Below, in pieces: positions 10,233 through 19,833 of a DNA stretch of 64,000 nt. The notes beneath the pieces are model-generated. The model saw nothing but the letters and a program-made list of their open reading frames with translations, searched no databases and was not told the DNA's origin. The stretch comes from a virus, in the IMG/VR virus record IMGVR_UViG_3300037479_000183, one strand, 5' to 3'. Position 1 is the first letter of the stretch, and the number at the start of each line of letters is the position of its first letter. The position numbers were made by a program, and so were the translations under genes.

Positions 10233-10808
10233 CTATAGCTCGCTCTCAGAGGTCGCTGTGAAATATCCATCAGTGCCAACCTCCCATAGCGAAGAGTCGA
10301 ATGTAATCTGGTCTTGATTGGTCTTATTCGCCCCCACAACACTTTTGTGATTTCGAATGCAACAGTTGCGGAACGTATATACAAGCTCGCTGCCTCTTAC
10401 TTGAATGAAGATTCGGTATCCGTGAGTGGCTTCCTTAATCTCATCAAGCTCATTCAAGGCTGTTCCATCAATTCCACCATCTGCATTGCGGTGTAAAGCC
10501 GCCCACGCATGGTCAAGTTGTAGAAGATTTATGGTAATCTCCGCCTTATCACGATTGGTAATATAATCATCTAGGTTTCTACCTAGGTATTCAATAGTCT
10601 CCTTATCCCTCGTTGGCTCAAAAGACAGACCAACCACGTTTGTCAGCCGCGTAGCCGCAGCTAGACTTGCTCCTCGCTCTGCTATAAAATCAGGAGACGA
10701 GTTATCCGCAGAGAGGTCACCACCGCCGGTCTTACTAATACCATATGTTGGGTCTTCGGTGGTAATATAGACCACAACATCTTTTCCTCTATAAAGCTGG
10801 CCTGGCAT
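10233..10808 (-). CDS. Tail tube (major tail) protein paralog 1
   Basis: Position after neck genes; LTNVVGLSFEPTRDKETIEYLG is typical of siphovirus tube proteins. Confidence 0.72.
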   Translation of the reverse strand: MPGQLYRGKDVVVYITTEDPTYGISKTGGGDLSADNSSPDFIAERGASLAAATRLTNVVGLSFEPTRDKETIEYLGRNLDDYITNRDKAEITINLLQLDHAWAALHRNADGGIDGTALNELDEIKEATHGYRIFIQVRGSELVYTFRNCCIRNHKSVVGANKTNQDQITFDSSLWEVGTDGYFTATSESEL

Positions 10809-10861
10809 TCAAATCACTCTCTTCATATATTTTAAGTAAATATAACCCCTTATATACTACC

Positions 10862-11590
10862 TTATAAGCTCTTCATCCTACTTCCCAACAGTCCAAACTC
10901 TTGCGCTCGCCACTTTCGTGAGCTAATCCAAACCGTCATAAAATAGTTATACTGCCCCTGTGGGGTAGGGCCGGTGGCCTCAATTGCCGCTTCTACAGGC
11001 GTAGTGTCGTGCGCCCCCCAAGATTTGGTTCCTTTCCCTCTTTGGTGAGCGTAGCGAATCGCCTTGAGGCGAATCTGCTCGCTGGCATCAACGAGGGTGC
11101 CGAGTATCATCTCCTGTAAGGCCGCCTCATAGGCCGCCATATCGGGCAGATTGCTCTCTACTTGCATTGCTAGGTAAACTCGCTGCTCGCCCGCCAGCGG
11201 CCCACCAAACTTCCGCCGAGAAAACGGCGTCCGCCAAGCAATCTTGCCAATCACGCCCCCTGTGCGTTTGGTCATCCGCTTAAACGCCCGCCCGACCGTC
11301 TTCCTCCCATACATCCTGCCTCTGGTTTTGCCTTTCCCGATGGCAATCATCTCGCCGCCGGGCCGCTTAAAGGCCTGCATAAGCAAGGCAAGTTTGGCCT
11401 GCACTTGGTCGGTGATGGTAGCTGTTACTTCGCGGTAGGCATCGCGCAAAAAGTGTTTGCCTTTATAGCCTGGGCCAGGCCGCATTTTGTCCTTGAAAGG
11501 CATAAGATGCTGGCCGGGCTGGACGGGGAGGCGGAACACAGAGCCGCGCTGATGAATCGCCCATGCTGAAGACGGAGAAAGTTTGACCAT
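10862..11590 (-). CDS. Basic neck/tail-completion protein (HK97 gp10-like)
   Basis: Lys/Arg-rich; KHFLRDAY and AQEFG motifs recall gp10-like proteins; neck position. Confidence 0.55.
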   Translation of the reverse strand: MVKLSPSSAWAIHQRGSVFRLPVQPGQHLMPFKDKMRPGPGYKGKHFLRDAYREVTATITDQVQAKLALLMQAFKRPGGEMIAIGKGKTRGRMYGRKTVGRAFKRMTKRTGGVIGKIAWRTPFSRRKFGGPLAGEQRVYLAMQVESNLPDMAAYEAALQEMILGTLVDASEQIRLKAIRYAHQRGKGTKSWGAHDTTPVEAAIEATGPTPQGQYNYFMTVWISSRKWRAQEFGLLGSRMKSL

Positions 11591-12609
11591 TATTCACCTT
11601 TGTAGTTGATTGAAAATCTGCCAACACAACCATAAAGATAGTAGTTTTCGTAAGCTTCTTGGTGGTTGTCTATGCGCGCGTCGCGGCTATCCTCATTAAA
11701 CCCGCTCGATGTGAAGTCGGTATTCCATAGGATTCGTCGCAGCTCTTCTGCATACCAAAGGGCGAGAGTTTCGTCGCTAAGCGTTTCGCCATTCACCACG
11801 CGCGTGTGCCCGCCTTCTTCAAATAACAACCCGAGCTTAAAGGTTAGATTGGCGAAGTAATCCAATCCCAGCAAATAATCGTTTGGAGCGTCGTTTTCCA
11901 AATCTAGTATCACAGCGGGGGGGATGACTTCAAGGTGGCGGGGTGTGGTCTCGTAGACTTTCATGCCGCGATAGTGCCATTGAACTTGGCCAAATGGCGG
12001 CGTTATATGACTCGAAAGTGACTTATCCCACAATCGCAGGTCGTCAAAAGACACGCTTGCGTCGCCGGATGTTAGTCGCGCAGTTATAGTTCCGCTTGCC
12101 GCCGCCTCGCTAGCCGTTGCGACTGGCAATCCGTTTTCATAATGCACTATCTGACTTGGCGCCATAACCACCACGATGTGCATAAAAGACGCAGTTGGCT
12201 TGATAGAGAAGGTAAAAGCAGATGCGCCGTAGGTTAAGGAAACTTCCGAATTGGTATCTACGGAGTAGACCAAATCCGCTCCACCACGGCTAAATCGCCC
12301 AATCTCAGCCAGCGCGGTCGGCGCTGTGTCAACCTTCAACCAAAATTCCACACTATGAATAGAGGCAGAACCTATTGCGGAGACTGAATAGGTTGCGGTG
12401 TCTGAAAGCCGCAAGGCTTCGCGCGCTATACCTTCAACAAACGATTGCGTCCCGCTTGCGCTTACAAACGAAACGGAATTTCCCGAACTATCTGTAAGGT
12501 TTCCATTGAAGCGGAAATGCGCAAGCAGGTTGCTATCTGTCGCTACAGTTAACTCTTCTTGCAGAAGTTTCTGTAACTCCTGTCGGAATTTAAATCCAAT
12601 TAAACTCAT
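11590..12609 (-). CDS. Tail terminator-like protein with an inserted LamG/ConA-like domain
   Basis: Residues ~27-200 carry LamG hallmarks (HFRFNGNLTDSSGN, SVEFWLK, HIVVV, YENG, FDDLRLWDKSLS); the flanks are helical and terminator-like. Confidence 0.6.
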   Translation of the reverse strand: MSLIGFKFRQELQKLLQEELTVATDSNLLAHFRFNGNLTDSSGNSVSFVSASGTQSFVEGIAREALRLSDTATYSVSAIGSASIHSVEFWLKVDTAPTALAEIGRFSRGGADLVYSVDTNSEVSLTYGASAFTFSIKPTASFMHIVVVMAPSQIVHYENGLPVATASEAAASGTITARLTSGDASVSFDDLRLWDKSLSSHITPPFGQVQWHYRGMKVYETTPRHLEVIPPAVILDLENDAPNDYLLGLDYFANLTFKLGLLFEEGGHTRVVNGETLSDETLALWYAEELRRILWNTDFTSSGFNEDSRDARIDNHQEAYENYYLYGCVGRFSINYKGE

Positions 12610-12610
12610 A

Positions 12611-13879
12611 TCAGTTAAGGGTTATAAATTTCGGTTCTTGTGGAGTGCGTTTGTTATTATACCGCACGTTACCTTCTACTAACTTCTTCCACATTGGCAG
12701 AACAGCAGTATTCCAATCGTAGTTTTCGACGACAAATCGCCGCCCAGCGGCGGCCATAGGCCCCGTTCGTTCTGGATTTTTAACCGCCTCTATAATGGCC
12801 AACGCACCTTGGTGGATATTTGCCAACGCCCAAAGGCCGCCCGTTGGGTGATGCTCCAAGGTGTCAAAGGGAATCAAATATCCCCTTTTGCTTTCGGCTA
12901 CAGGCCTTCCATCCTTTACCCCTCTTTCGCCCAAAAATTCTGGGCCAGTGCAGTAAGCTGTGGTAATACACGGAAGCTGGCAGGCCATTGCTTCAATGAT
13001 TGGGATATCAAATCCCGCACCACCGTTAAGATGCACATAATAATCTGAAGCCTGGTAATACTTTGCCAACTCAGGCTCAGTAATGGGCGGGCAGCCTGCC
13101 ACATCAAGCATTGGCTTAGGCCAGATGATTCTGTCCGAAACCCCATAGTTCTTGGCGATTTGAATACAATCCCACCCACTTTCCCCTTTTGGATGAGAAT
13201 ACATAATCAAGAAGTTGTTAGGAATATATTTACACGATTCAGCGAAAGCCGCAATCGTCCTATCAAGCTTCTTCCTTATTTGGTTCATCCCGACGAACAG
13301 GCCAAGGGTGGCCTCTTTAGGCAGCCCGAATTCTTCCCTAATTGCTAGCTTTTCGTCGTATTTCACAGGGCGGAAGGTGTTGGTGTCGACGCCGTGCGGA
13401 ATGTATTCGTGGTTGACGCCAAGATTTCTAAGCATGCCGGAGGCAAATTTAGCGAACGCAAGAGGTAGGTCGGAACCAAATACAAGTGGGTTCCACATAT
13501 CAATATGATTCTCCGTGTCGTAGGTAATGTGGGGGATGTAGCGATAATCGCCCCCCATCTTCTGTTTGTCGAGAAGCCAATGATAGTTCCAAATGTCGCC
13601 AAGCGTGATAATGTCGTCGGGTTTGAAGCGTTTGATTAGATATGGATGCAAATCTTGGCCCCAAGGAGAATTGGCAAAGCCAACAAGCCGCAAGCCGTAG
13701 GCCGGCTCTCCCATAATCGTATTGACTTCTATCTCGCCTTGTTTTGTTAAGGCAGTGAAGTAAGTTAGGTCGTGGCCTAGCTGCTTCAAATACGTGCATA
13801 CTTTTCTTCCCACAAGGCCTTGGCCGGTTGTTGAGGCCGGACTAAAGCCGTTCCATAGTATTTTCTTCGTCTCCATCAC
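12611..13879 (-). CDS. GT-B fold glycosyltransferase (GT4 family)
   Basis: IPHGVDTNTFRP, GLFVGMNQIRKK, GAGFDIPIIEAMACQLP, NYDWN. Confidence 0.92.
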   Translation of the reverse strand: MMETKKILWNGFSPASTTGQGLVGRKVCTYLKQLGHDLTYFTALTKQGEIEVNTIMGEPAYGLRLVGFANSPWGQDLHPYLIKRFKPDDIITLGDIWNYHWLLDKQKMGGDYRYIPHITYDTENHIDMWNPLVFGSDLPLAFAKFASGMLRNLGVNHEYIPHGVDTNTFRPVKYDEKLAIREEFGLPKEATLGLFVGMNQIRKKLDRTIAAFAESCKYIPNNFLIMYSHPKGESGWDCIQIAKNYGVSDRIIWPKPMLDVAGCPPITEPELAKYYQASDYYVHLNGGAGFDIPIIEAMACQLPCITTAYCTGPEFLGERGVKDGRPVAESKRGYLIPFDTLEHHPTGGLWALANIHQGALAIIEAVKNPERTGPMAAAGRRFVVENYDWNTAVLPMWKKLVEGNVRYNNKRTPQEPKFITLN

Positions 13880-13889
13880 ATCACATCCT

Positions 13890-14743
13890 TTATGTTATCA
13901 CATATTGCACTGAATTATTAAGTATGATTTCTCCCTGCTCGCCGTGAAAGACCACTATTCCAACTGGATATATTACTGCCATAGAGCCGCGAGCGATTTT
14001 TGTGCTGCCATTGCCCGGGTCTGTCCAAACCAGTTTGAGTTGTTTATTGGAGGCAGAAATTGTGATTGGCCCATCGCTCATAGCGCATAACCTTTGTTTG
14101 TCAATTCTGTAGTAAGTTTAGCTTCGATATCTGTAGTAGAAGTAGCCAGCGGAAACATAAAGCAATGATTTACGTTTTTGCCATTTATTGTCTCAACACA
14201 AACGTGAATTAAAGTTTCTGTAGTATTATCGATGGGATTTTCCAATGTTTCGTTTTCTATTACATAAGTAAATGGCATATCAAGCCCTCTGCTTCGCTTC
14301 CCAGTCCACATCTCCAGTGAAGCTGTTCTGGAACGCGATTATGAAACCCACGTAAAGCCCGCCAACCTTTATTGGTTTATCCTTGAATGGTGGCTGTGCA
14401 CTTGCGTTACGGAGTGTTATCTGTATACTGGGCTCTAAATTGAAAGCAATTGGGTCGCCATTACTATCGTAGAAGTCGACACGACCAACCTTGGCATTCT
14501 CGAAGTGTAAAGTGCCACGAATGTAATTAACATCAATCGCTAGATGAGTGGGCATCAGGTCACCTCAATGGTAGATATAACTCCGCCATTATCTACCGTT
14601 AACTTCCACTTTGACCCATTCGGCGCCACCAACACTATAGCACTGAGAGCGCCCCCTTCAACCTCTAGTATCGGGACTTCAACGTCAATGCCTAGAGTGG
14701 TGACCGCGCCCGTCACTCCATCAACAATCCTTAGTCTACCCAT
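13890..14743 (-). CDS. Run of four small, translationally coupled ORFs (13890-14081, 14078-14311, 14280-14555, 14555-14743), probably accessory virion proteins
   Basis: Overlapping start/stop junctions; beta-strand-rich sequences within the structural operon. Confidence 0.55.
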
Positions 14744-15630
14744 TATAATGCCGCTCCGTCACCTATTGGCAATCCGTCGCCCGAAAAACCAAAAGTGCTA
14801 AAGTCTCCAGCAGTAGGAATTCCAACGTTGTTGACAACAACGAAGTGTGCCTTTTTAATTTTCTTTCCATTGGAGGCAGCCGTGTAGATATCTGTAAGAA
14901 TATCCTCGCGTGTTTTCTGAACGGTTGCGTTGGTATTGTTAGAGTAGGTGAATGTAGTGCCATCGCTAAACTCGGCAATGAACTCTCCAAATAGGTCTGC
15001 TACGACACGCTGAGGAAGATTAACACGCATTAGGAGAATGACTCCATTAGTACCAATGTCATAAGACGACAGAGTCGTTCGACCAGTCGAGTACGTAGTT
15101 AGAGCCGGGTTATCTTCTTTGCGTATAACGCCTGTAAAACCTGCTATGCTAAAAGTTCTATCAGCAGTAAGATTGCCCCCGCCTGTGAGACCGGTTCCAG
15201 CATTTATGGTTCTATCGGCAATAATAACCTCGCCGGTCGCCGTACCCTGGGTCACTCCTGTAATCTTTCCAGAATTGTTGATAACTGTAGGGCCAACTGT
15301 TAGTGCGTCTGTAGATGTATTATAAGAGAAACTAGAATCGAAAGAAAGTGAAGTTGTTGAGGCCCATATTGACACTTTCCCTGCGCTACCAAGACCACTT
15401 GGCGAATCCACTCCAACAACATTCGTTCCGCTTCTTGCAAGATGTTGCCCATCTGTTATGGAACTTACAGAAAGAGTTGTTCCCCCGCCCTCTTTAATAT
15501 GGGTAAGGTAGAAAGTTCCATCCTGCCCCTCAAGTTTTTCGGAGTTATCTACAATACTGTTAGAATTCGTGTCGTAAACACTTTTCTTCATGTCACCTAC
15601 GAAGCCAGATAAAATTAGTTGGTCGGTCAT
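14743..15630 (-). CDS. Fibre-like structural protein (collar/head fibre)
   Basis: Gly/Ser/Thr-rich; AGTGLTGGGNLTADRT is a recurrent phage fibre motif. Confidence 0.65.
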   Translation of the reverse strand: MTDQLILSGFVGDMKKSVYDTNSNSIVDNSEKLEGQDGTFYLTHIKEGGGTTLSVSSITDGQHLARSGTNVVGVDSPSGLGSAGKVSIWASTTSLSFDSSFSYNTSTDALTVGPTVINNSGKITGVTQGTATGEVIIADRTINAGTGLTGGGNLTADRTFSIAGFTGVIRKEDNPALTTYSTGRTTLSSYDIGTNGVILLMRVNLPQRVVADLFGEFIAEFSDGTTFTYSNNTNATVQKTREDILTDIYTAASNGKKIKKAHFVVVNNVGIPTAGDFSTFGFSGDGLPIGDGAAL

Positions 15631-16243
15631 GTAGTTACAATCCCCATAATAAATCCAACTATTTTGTCATTTATATCTGTCTTGGCTACAATCTTGTAAG
15701 TAGCCTTTAGATAAATGGGAGTCATTTCCAGATAGCCGCCAGGAGGTATTTCAAAATTGGGCGTTGTGATTCTATCCACATCGCCGCCTGGGCCCGAACC
15801 TGTATAGCAAAAAACATCCAGTTTTCTGTTTGAAGAAGTATCTACGTTGCTAAATCGGATTGTCAGAGCCGTCTCACTAGAAGCCGAGAAAACAACCGTG
15901 TCGGTTGTTTGTAACAATGTTCCTACTGGGGTGGCATATGAATTCGTCATAACATCATCGCATATCTCTGCACATCATATATATCGGTAATTTGACTCAG
16001 GTCTACATTAACCCGCTCGTTGCCAGAATCATCAGTAATTACTACGTCCGCCCCCGACCCCGCGATAAAATTAATCCCGCGTCGAGTGCCAACAAGTGCG
16101 CCTTCTTGACTAACACTAACACGCGCCGTGGCGTCGAGAAGGTCGCCAGAAACGAAAGCGTCTGAGCCGCCGACTTTGTGAGTGTTTTTGTGATTGGCTG
16201 ACGCGATTCCTCCGCCGCCATCCGCGCCTGTGATAATCCTCAT
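15627..16243 (-). CDS. Two small structural-type proteins (15627-15950, 15947-16243)
   Basis: ATGA-coupled; VGTRRGINFIAGSG..VVITDDSGNERVNV resembles fibre linker motifs. Confidence 0.55.
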
Positions 16244-16255
16244 CCCACCACCCCC

Positions 16256-16753
16256 TTAACTTGAAGTCTGACTTAACCCCTGTTCAATATACTTTTCCTT
16301 ATCCGCCCACGTTCTTAAACCGGATTTATTCTCGCCGCGTGTAAGCTGCGAATCAACCCGAGCGAGTTCGAAGGCAGGCCGGCTGGCCTGGATTTCGCCT
16401 GGCAGAACTTTATCGCCTTTGTAAATTAGGCCCCACACAGCGAGCATCATATCGTAGGCGGCCTTCCAATGCCTGTTTTCAATGCCGCCGGTTTCGGGGT
16501 CAACATGAACTCTGTCTTTCATGTGGTCAATGATGTAACACGATAGATGCGCGATACAGAAATTGGCAACACTGTGAGTGGTTGACGCTGTTGCATAATC
16601 GGAGATGGACATTGTATCCATGGTTAGTTCGTTGAAGATAGTCTGGGCCATTGGAATAACGGTGGTTGTCACATCCGCCTCTGTGATTCCTTTCACTGCG
16701 TCGTCTTCATAAGTTGAGAAACGACGAATTAATGTGTTAATAGAAAGCGTCAT
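16256..16753 (-). CDS. Head-tail adaptor (gp15/gp6/Mu gp36-like)
   Basis: 165 aa, helical; VANFCIAHLSCY..HWKAAYDMMLAVWG pattern; position downstream of the capsid gene. Confidence 0.6.
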   Translation of the reverse strand: MTLSINTLIRRFSTYEDDAVKGITEADVTTTVIPMAQTIFNELTMDTMSISDYATASTTHSVANFCIAHLSCYIIDHMKDRVHVDPETGGIENRHWKAAYDMMLAVWGLIYKGDKVLPGEIQASRPAFELARVDSQLTRGENKSGLRTWADKEKYIEQGLSQTSS

Positions 16754-16836
16754 GGTTTCTTAAATTTTAGCTTCTTGCGAGCTTTCTTTCGTGCAACAAC
16801 TGATACCTTTGGTGTTTCTGGAAGCGGTTCTACCAT
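16750..16836 (-). CDS. 28-aa basic peptide MVEPLPETPKVSVVARKKARKKLKFKKP (not in ORF track)
   Basis: ATG 2 nt after the upstream stop; its TGA overlaps the next ATG (ATGA), indicating translational coupling. Confidence 0.55.
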   Translation of the reverse strand: MVEPLPETPKVSVVARKKARKKLKFKKP

Positions 16837-16838
16837 AT

Positions 16839-18093
16839 TTATCGCCTTCGCCTTCCGCGCCTTCCGGGATGAGCATTCCTTCCGCGCCTCCGCGCGCTGT
16901 GAGAAACTACAACAGGCGCTTCTTCTTCTTCTTCACCTTCAATAACAAGTGTGCCATAGTAAAGTGTTGATTCGCCAGCGGATGAATAGAAGATATATCC
17001 AGTCGTCGCTGCCGAAGGCGGCTTACGCTCCATTGATATCATAATGGGCGGATTGTCTACATCATAATCCGAGCCATGTTGCGCCCAAGTTAAAGAAGAT
17101 AGAGTTAGTTTATAAACTTGAAAAGCGTTGCCCGTTGGTTTAGCAACCGACAAGTAAACATTCTCCAAGCCATCACTTAGCATAGAAGGAAGTGGCCAAC
17201 TATCGCTATGATTGACCGCCAAAGTAGAGCCCGATGTTCCATAGTTCCAACTGAAGTTGGCTAGTTGAACATTCCAATACTCGGTTAGATTGCCGGCTTC
17301 AAAAGCTACACAGACGATACGATTATCTTCGACTTCAGCCAATTCTGGATAGACCGCCATATTATGCACCGCCAGAGAGGTCAATAATTTGTGATAGACT
17401 TACTGTTGAATGAACCGCCGCCGCTGCCATCTTACCATAATAGACTTGGCTACTAGAACCAAACGCAATGTGTATGAAATTATTTGAGTCTACCACAATG
17501 GATGTTCCACCAAAAACCCCATCTGAAGCCACTGTTGCGTGTTCAATTGGGGTATCCCATCCAGAGCCGGAAGTCCACTTCGAAGTAAAGATACCATAAT
17601 CTGCCACTCCAACCGATTTGTGATTGTAAATACAGTAAACTCCTCCCAACGAATCAGCTGCCAAGCTTTGCAAATGGCCGCCTCCTGGCGCCGGGCTTGC
17701 TGTTAGAATCGCTGTTGCCCCGTTGGTTGATAGGTCGGCCTTCTTCCATGCAGAAGTGGAAGTGTATTGACTCAAATCTGTCAAAACTGTGTGATAGATT
17801 CCAAATCCTGGAGGATTGCTATCTACTTTGAAAATCATATGTAGCTTGTTTTGAACGATAGTTACACAGGGCTGGTTGGTTTGTAACCCGGCGAGGCCGG
17901 CAATTACTCCGCTTCCGCCTTCTATGGATAGGGTAGTTTCTGCTGAATAACTATCCAAAGAAGTTTTCATAAATATCCCATAACCATCCATGGGGTCGAT
18001 TGCTGAATAAATAACGTAAACATTTCCACTGGAATCCTGAACAATCTGTTGTCCGGGTTGTCCTGTTCCGTCTCTACTAGAAAGTGTTGGCAT
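16839..18093 (-). CDS. Beta-propeller (BNR-like) virion protein encoded as two adjacent ORFs (17362-18093 and about 16839-17360)
   Basis: Repeated blade motifs (IVQDSSGNVYVIY, LAADSLGGVYCIY, IVVDSNNFIHIAF) continue across the junction into the second ORF. Confidence 0.5.
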
Positions 18094-18095
18094 AT

Positions 18096-19304
18096 TTACA
18101 CCGCCACAGCGGCATATGTTACGCCGCTGCTTCTAAACTTAAACGCGCGAGTGGTTCCATTATCGAAAATCCACACATCGCCATTTGCTGGCGAAGCTGG
18201 GTCGGCGGCGAGAACTGGAACGTTAAGAGGCGCAGAAGTTGTTGGAGTGAAGATTGAAAATTTCCCAACATCGCTTAGTTTTGCTCGTTCTGTAAGACTT
18301 GACCCCGAACCAGTGGGACGTGTTTGAAATAATATCTCTCCACTTACATCATCTGTGCCAGTAAAGGTGCCAACCTGTCCCTGAATACGAGTGGTTTCTA
18401 TCCAATTGCTTCCATCCCAACCCTGAGCCGAGAAGATGGCAAGAAGGTTGCCGCTAGCAACTGCGGTTTTTGAAGCTAAAGTGCCTTTAGCTCGCCGCCC
18501 TGCAAAGCTTGGAGCTATAAGTGAGACGTTTGATGCGCCATCAAGAAGCACAGTAGTGCCACCACTTGAACCAACATGTAGAAGGGATTCGGCGGCGGTT
18601 GTAAGACCAATAGAAAGAGTTCCAGAAAGGTATCCGTTTTTAAATTGCTGCGTAAGCGAACCAAGCTCTGTAAAACTATTTGAAAATGGTTTCACAGCGC
18701 CCGCAGCTAGATTACCCACCACGAGTGTTAGGTCGCCCGGGGTTTGAATTAACGAATCGGCATACTCTGTTCGTCTAACTCTAATAGTGCCCGCTAATTG
18801 AATTGGCATCTAACCACCTCAAACGGTGCGACCACGCAGAACGCTACGTCCCGATGCGGTGCTTCCGCCGCTATTGCTGATAATAAATCTGACGGTTGGC
18901 GCAACAACCTCTTCAACAATCCCCGTGTTACTACCCGAAGAAACCGTCCACAAACTAGACGCATCGATGTTGGAAAAACTATCTTGGCTCTGTTGAATTT
19001 CAATTACAACATCTTGGTTATAGCGGACAGTCATGACGAGTTTTGCAAAAGAAATGCCGCTTAGAGTTGAGCTTGTTGCTGTCGATGCTGGTGCTATACC
19101 AGATGTAATATCAACAGAAGAAGTTCCGAGAACTTCGCCGCTTGGTGTAAAACTTAAAGTAACCGTGTCGGCTCCAACAATGGTAACCGGCACTGACCAA
19201 GCATTGCTAGAAGAATCGTAAATGCCTGTAACTGGCTGCCAGCCTCGTTTTGTCCCGATGCTGGTTGTATCTTCACTCCAAACGTGCAAGCCCAGATTAA
19301 CCAC
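18096..19304 (-). CDS. Two accessory structural proteins (18096-18809 fibre-like; 18819-19304 beta-sandwich)
   Basis: G/S/T-rich; the C-terminal DPASPANGDVWI..FKFRSSG motif is common in phage fibre proteins. Confidence 0.55.
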
Positions 19305-19306
19305 CT

Positions 19307-19756
19307 TTAATAAATTGTTGCAATCCTTAATTTGCGCTCAAGTGCAATAGAACAATCAGAATACAATATCTTAACCAGTTTGTTGAAATTTCTAGAGCCA
19401 CCAAATGATATTCTATATATACTCTTCGTTGGAACAATTTTGGTTTTAGAATTAATATTCTTAAGAGCAAAAATTCTAAACCCTTCAACTAGCTTCTTGG
19501 AGCAAAGATTAATATATGAGGCGGGCACGTCTTTAGCCTCAGTAATGGGCGCGTTTGAATTCAACGCATCTCTAAACTTTTCTACATGTGTTTTATCTCT
19601 ATTGTGTAGTTTAAGAATTATTGCTTTGTCAGAAATGTGTCCATCTGCCGCAAGAAAATCGAGCCAATAAGCTTTAGCTTCGCTATCGATGGTCTCGAAA
19701 AAATCCTCGTTTAGACTATACTTTCGAGGATGATTTGTTTTATTTCCTTGGCCCAT
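19307..19756 (-). mobile_element. LAGLIDADG-type homing endonuclease, probably degenerate
   Basis: KAYWLDFLAADG first motif (Gly normally at the Asp position); no second RGYFDGDG-type motif; visibly AT-richer than the flanks. Confidence 0.7.
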
Positions 19757-19789
19757 CTTTTGTTCACCTTCCTTGGGGGGAATGCGATT

Positions 19790-19825
19790 AAGAAGGAAAG
19801 GGGCCCTAAGGCCCGCTTGTCGGGC
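19790..19825 (-). terminator. Putative terminator after the capsid gene: GC hairpins followed by TTTCCTTCTT
   Basis: GGGCC-CTAA-GGCCC and GCCCG-CTTGT-CGGGC stems, then a pyrimidine tract. Confidence 0.5.
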
Positions 19826-19833
19826 TAACCTAT

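Noticed and set aside
407-12609. Contractile (myovirus) tail
   Set aside because: No sheath or baseplate wedge genes were recognised; the layout of tube, G/GT chaperone, tape measure, Dit-like and hub genes is siphovirus-like.
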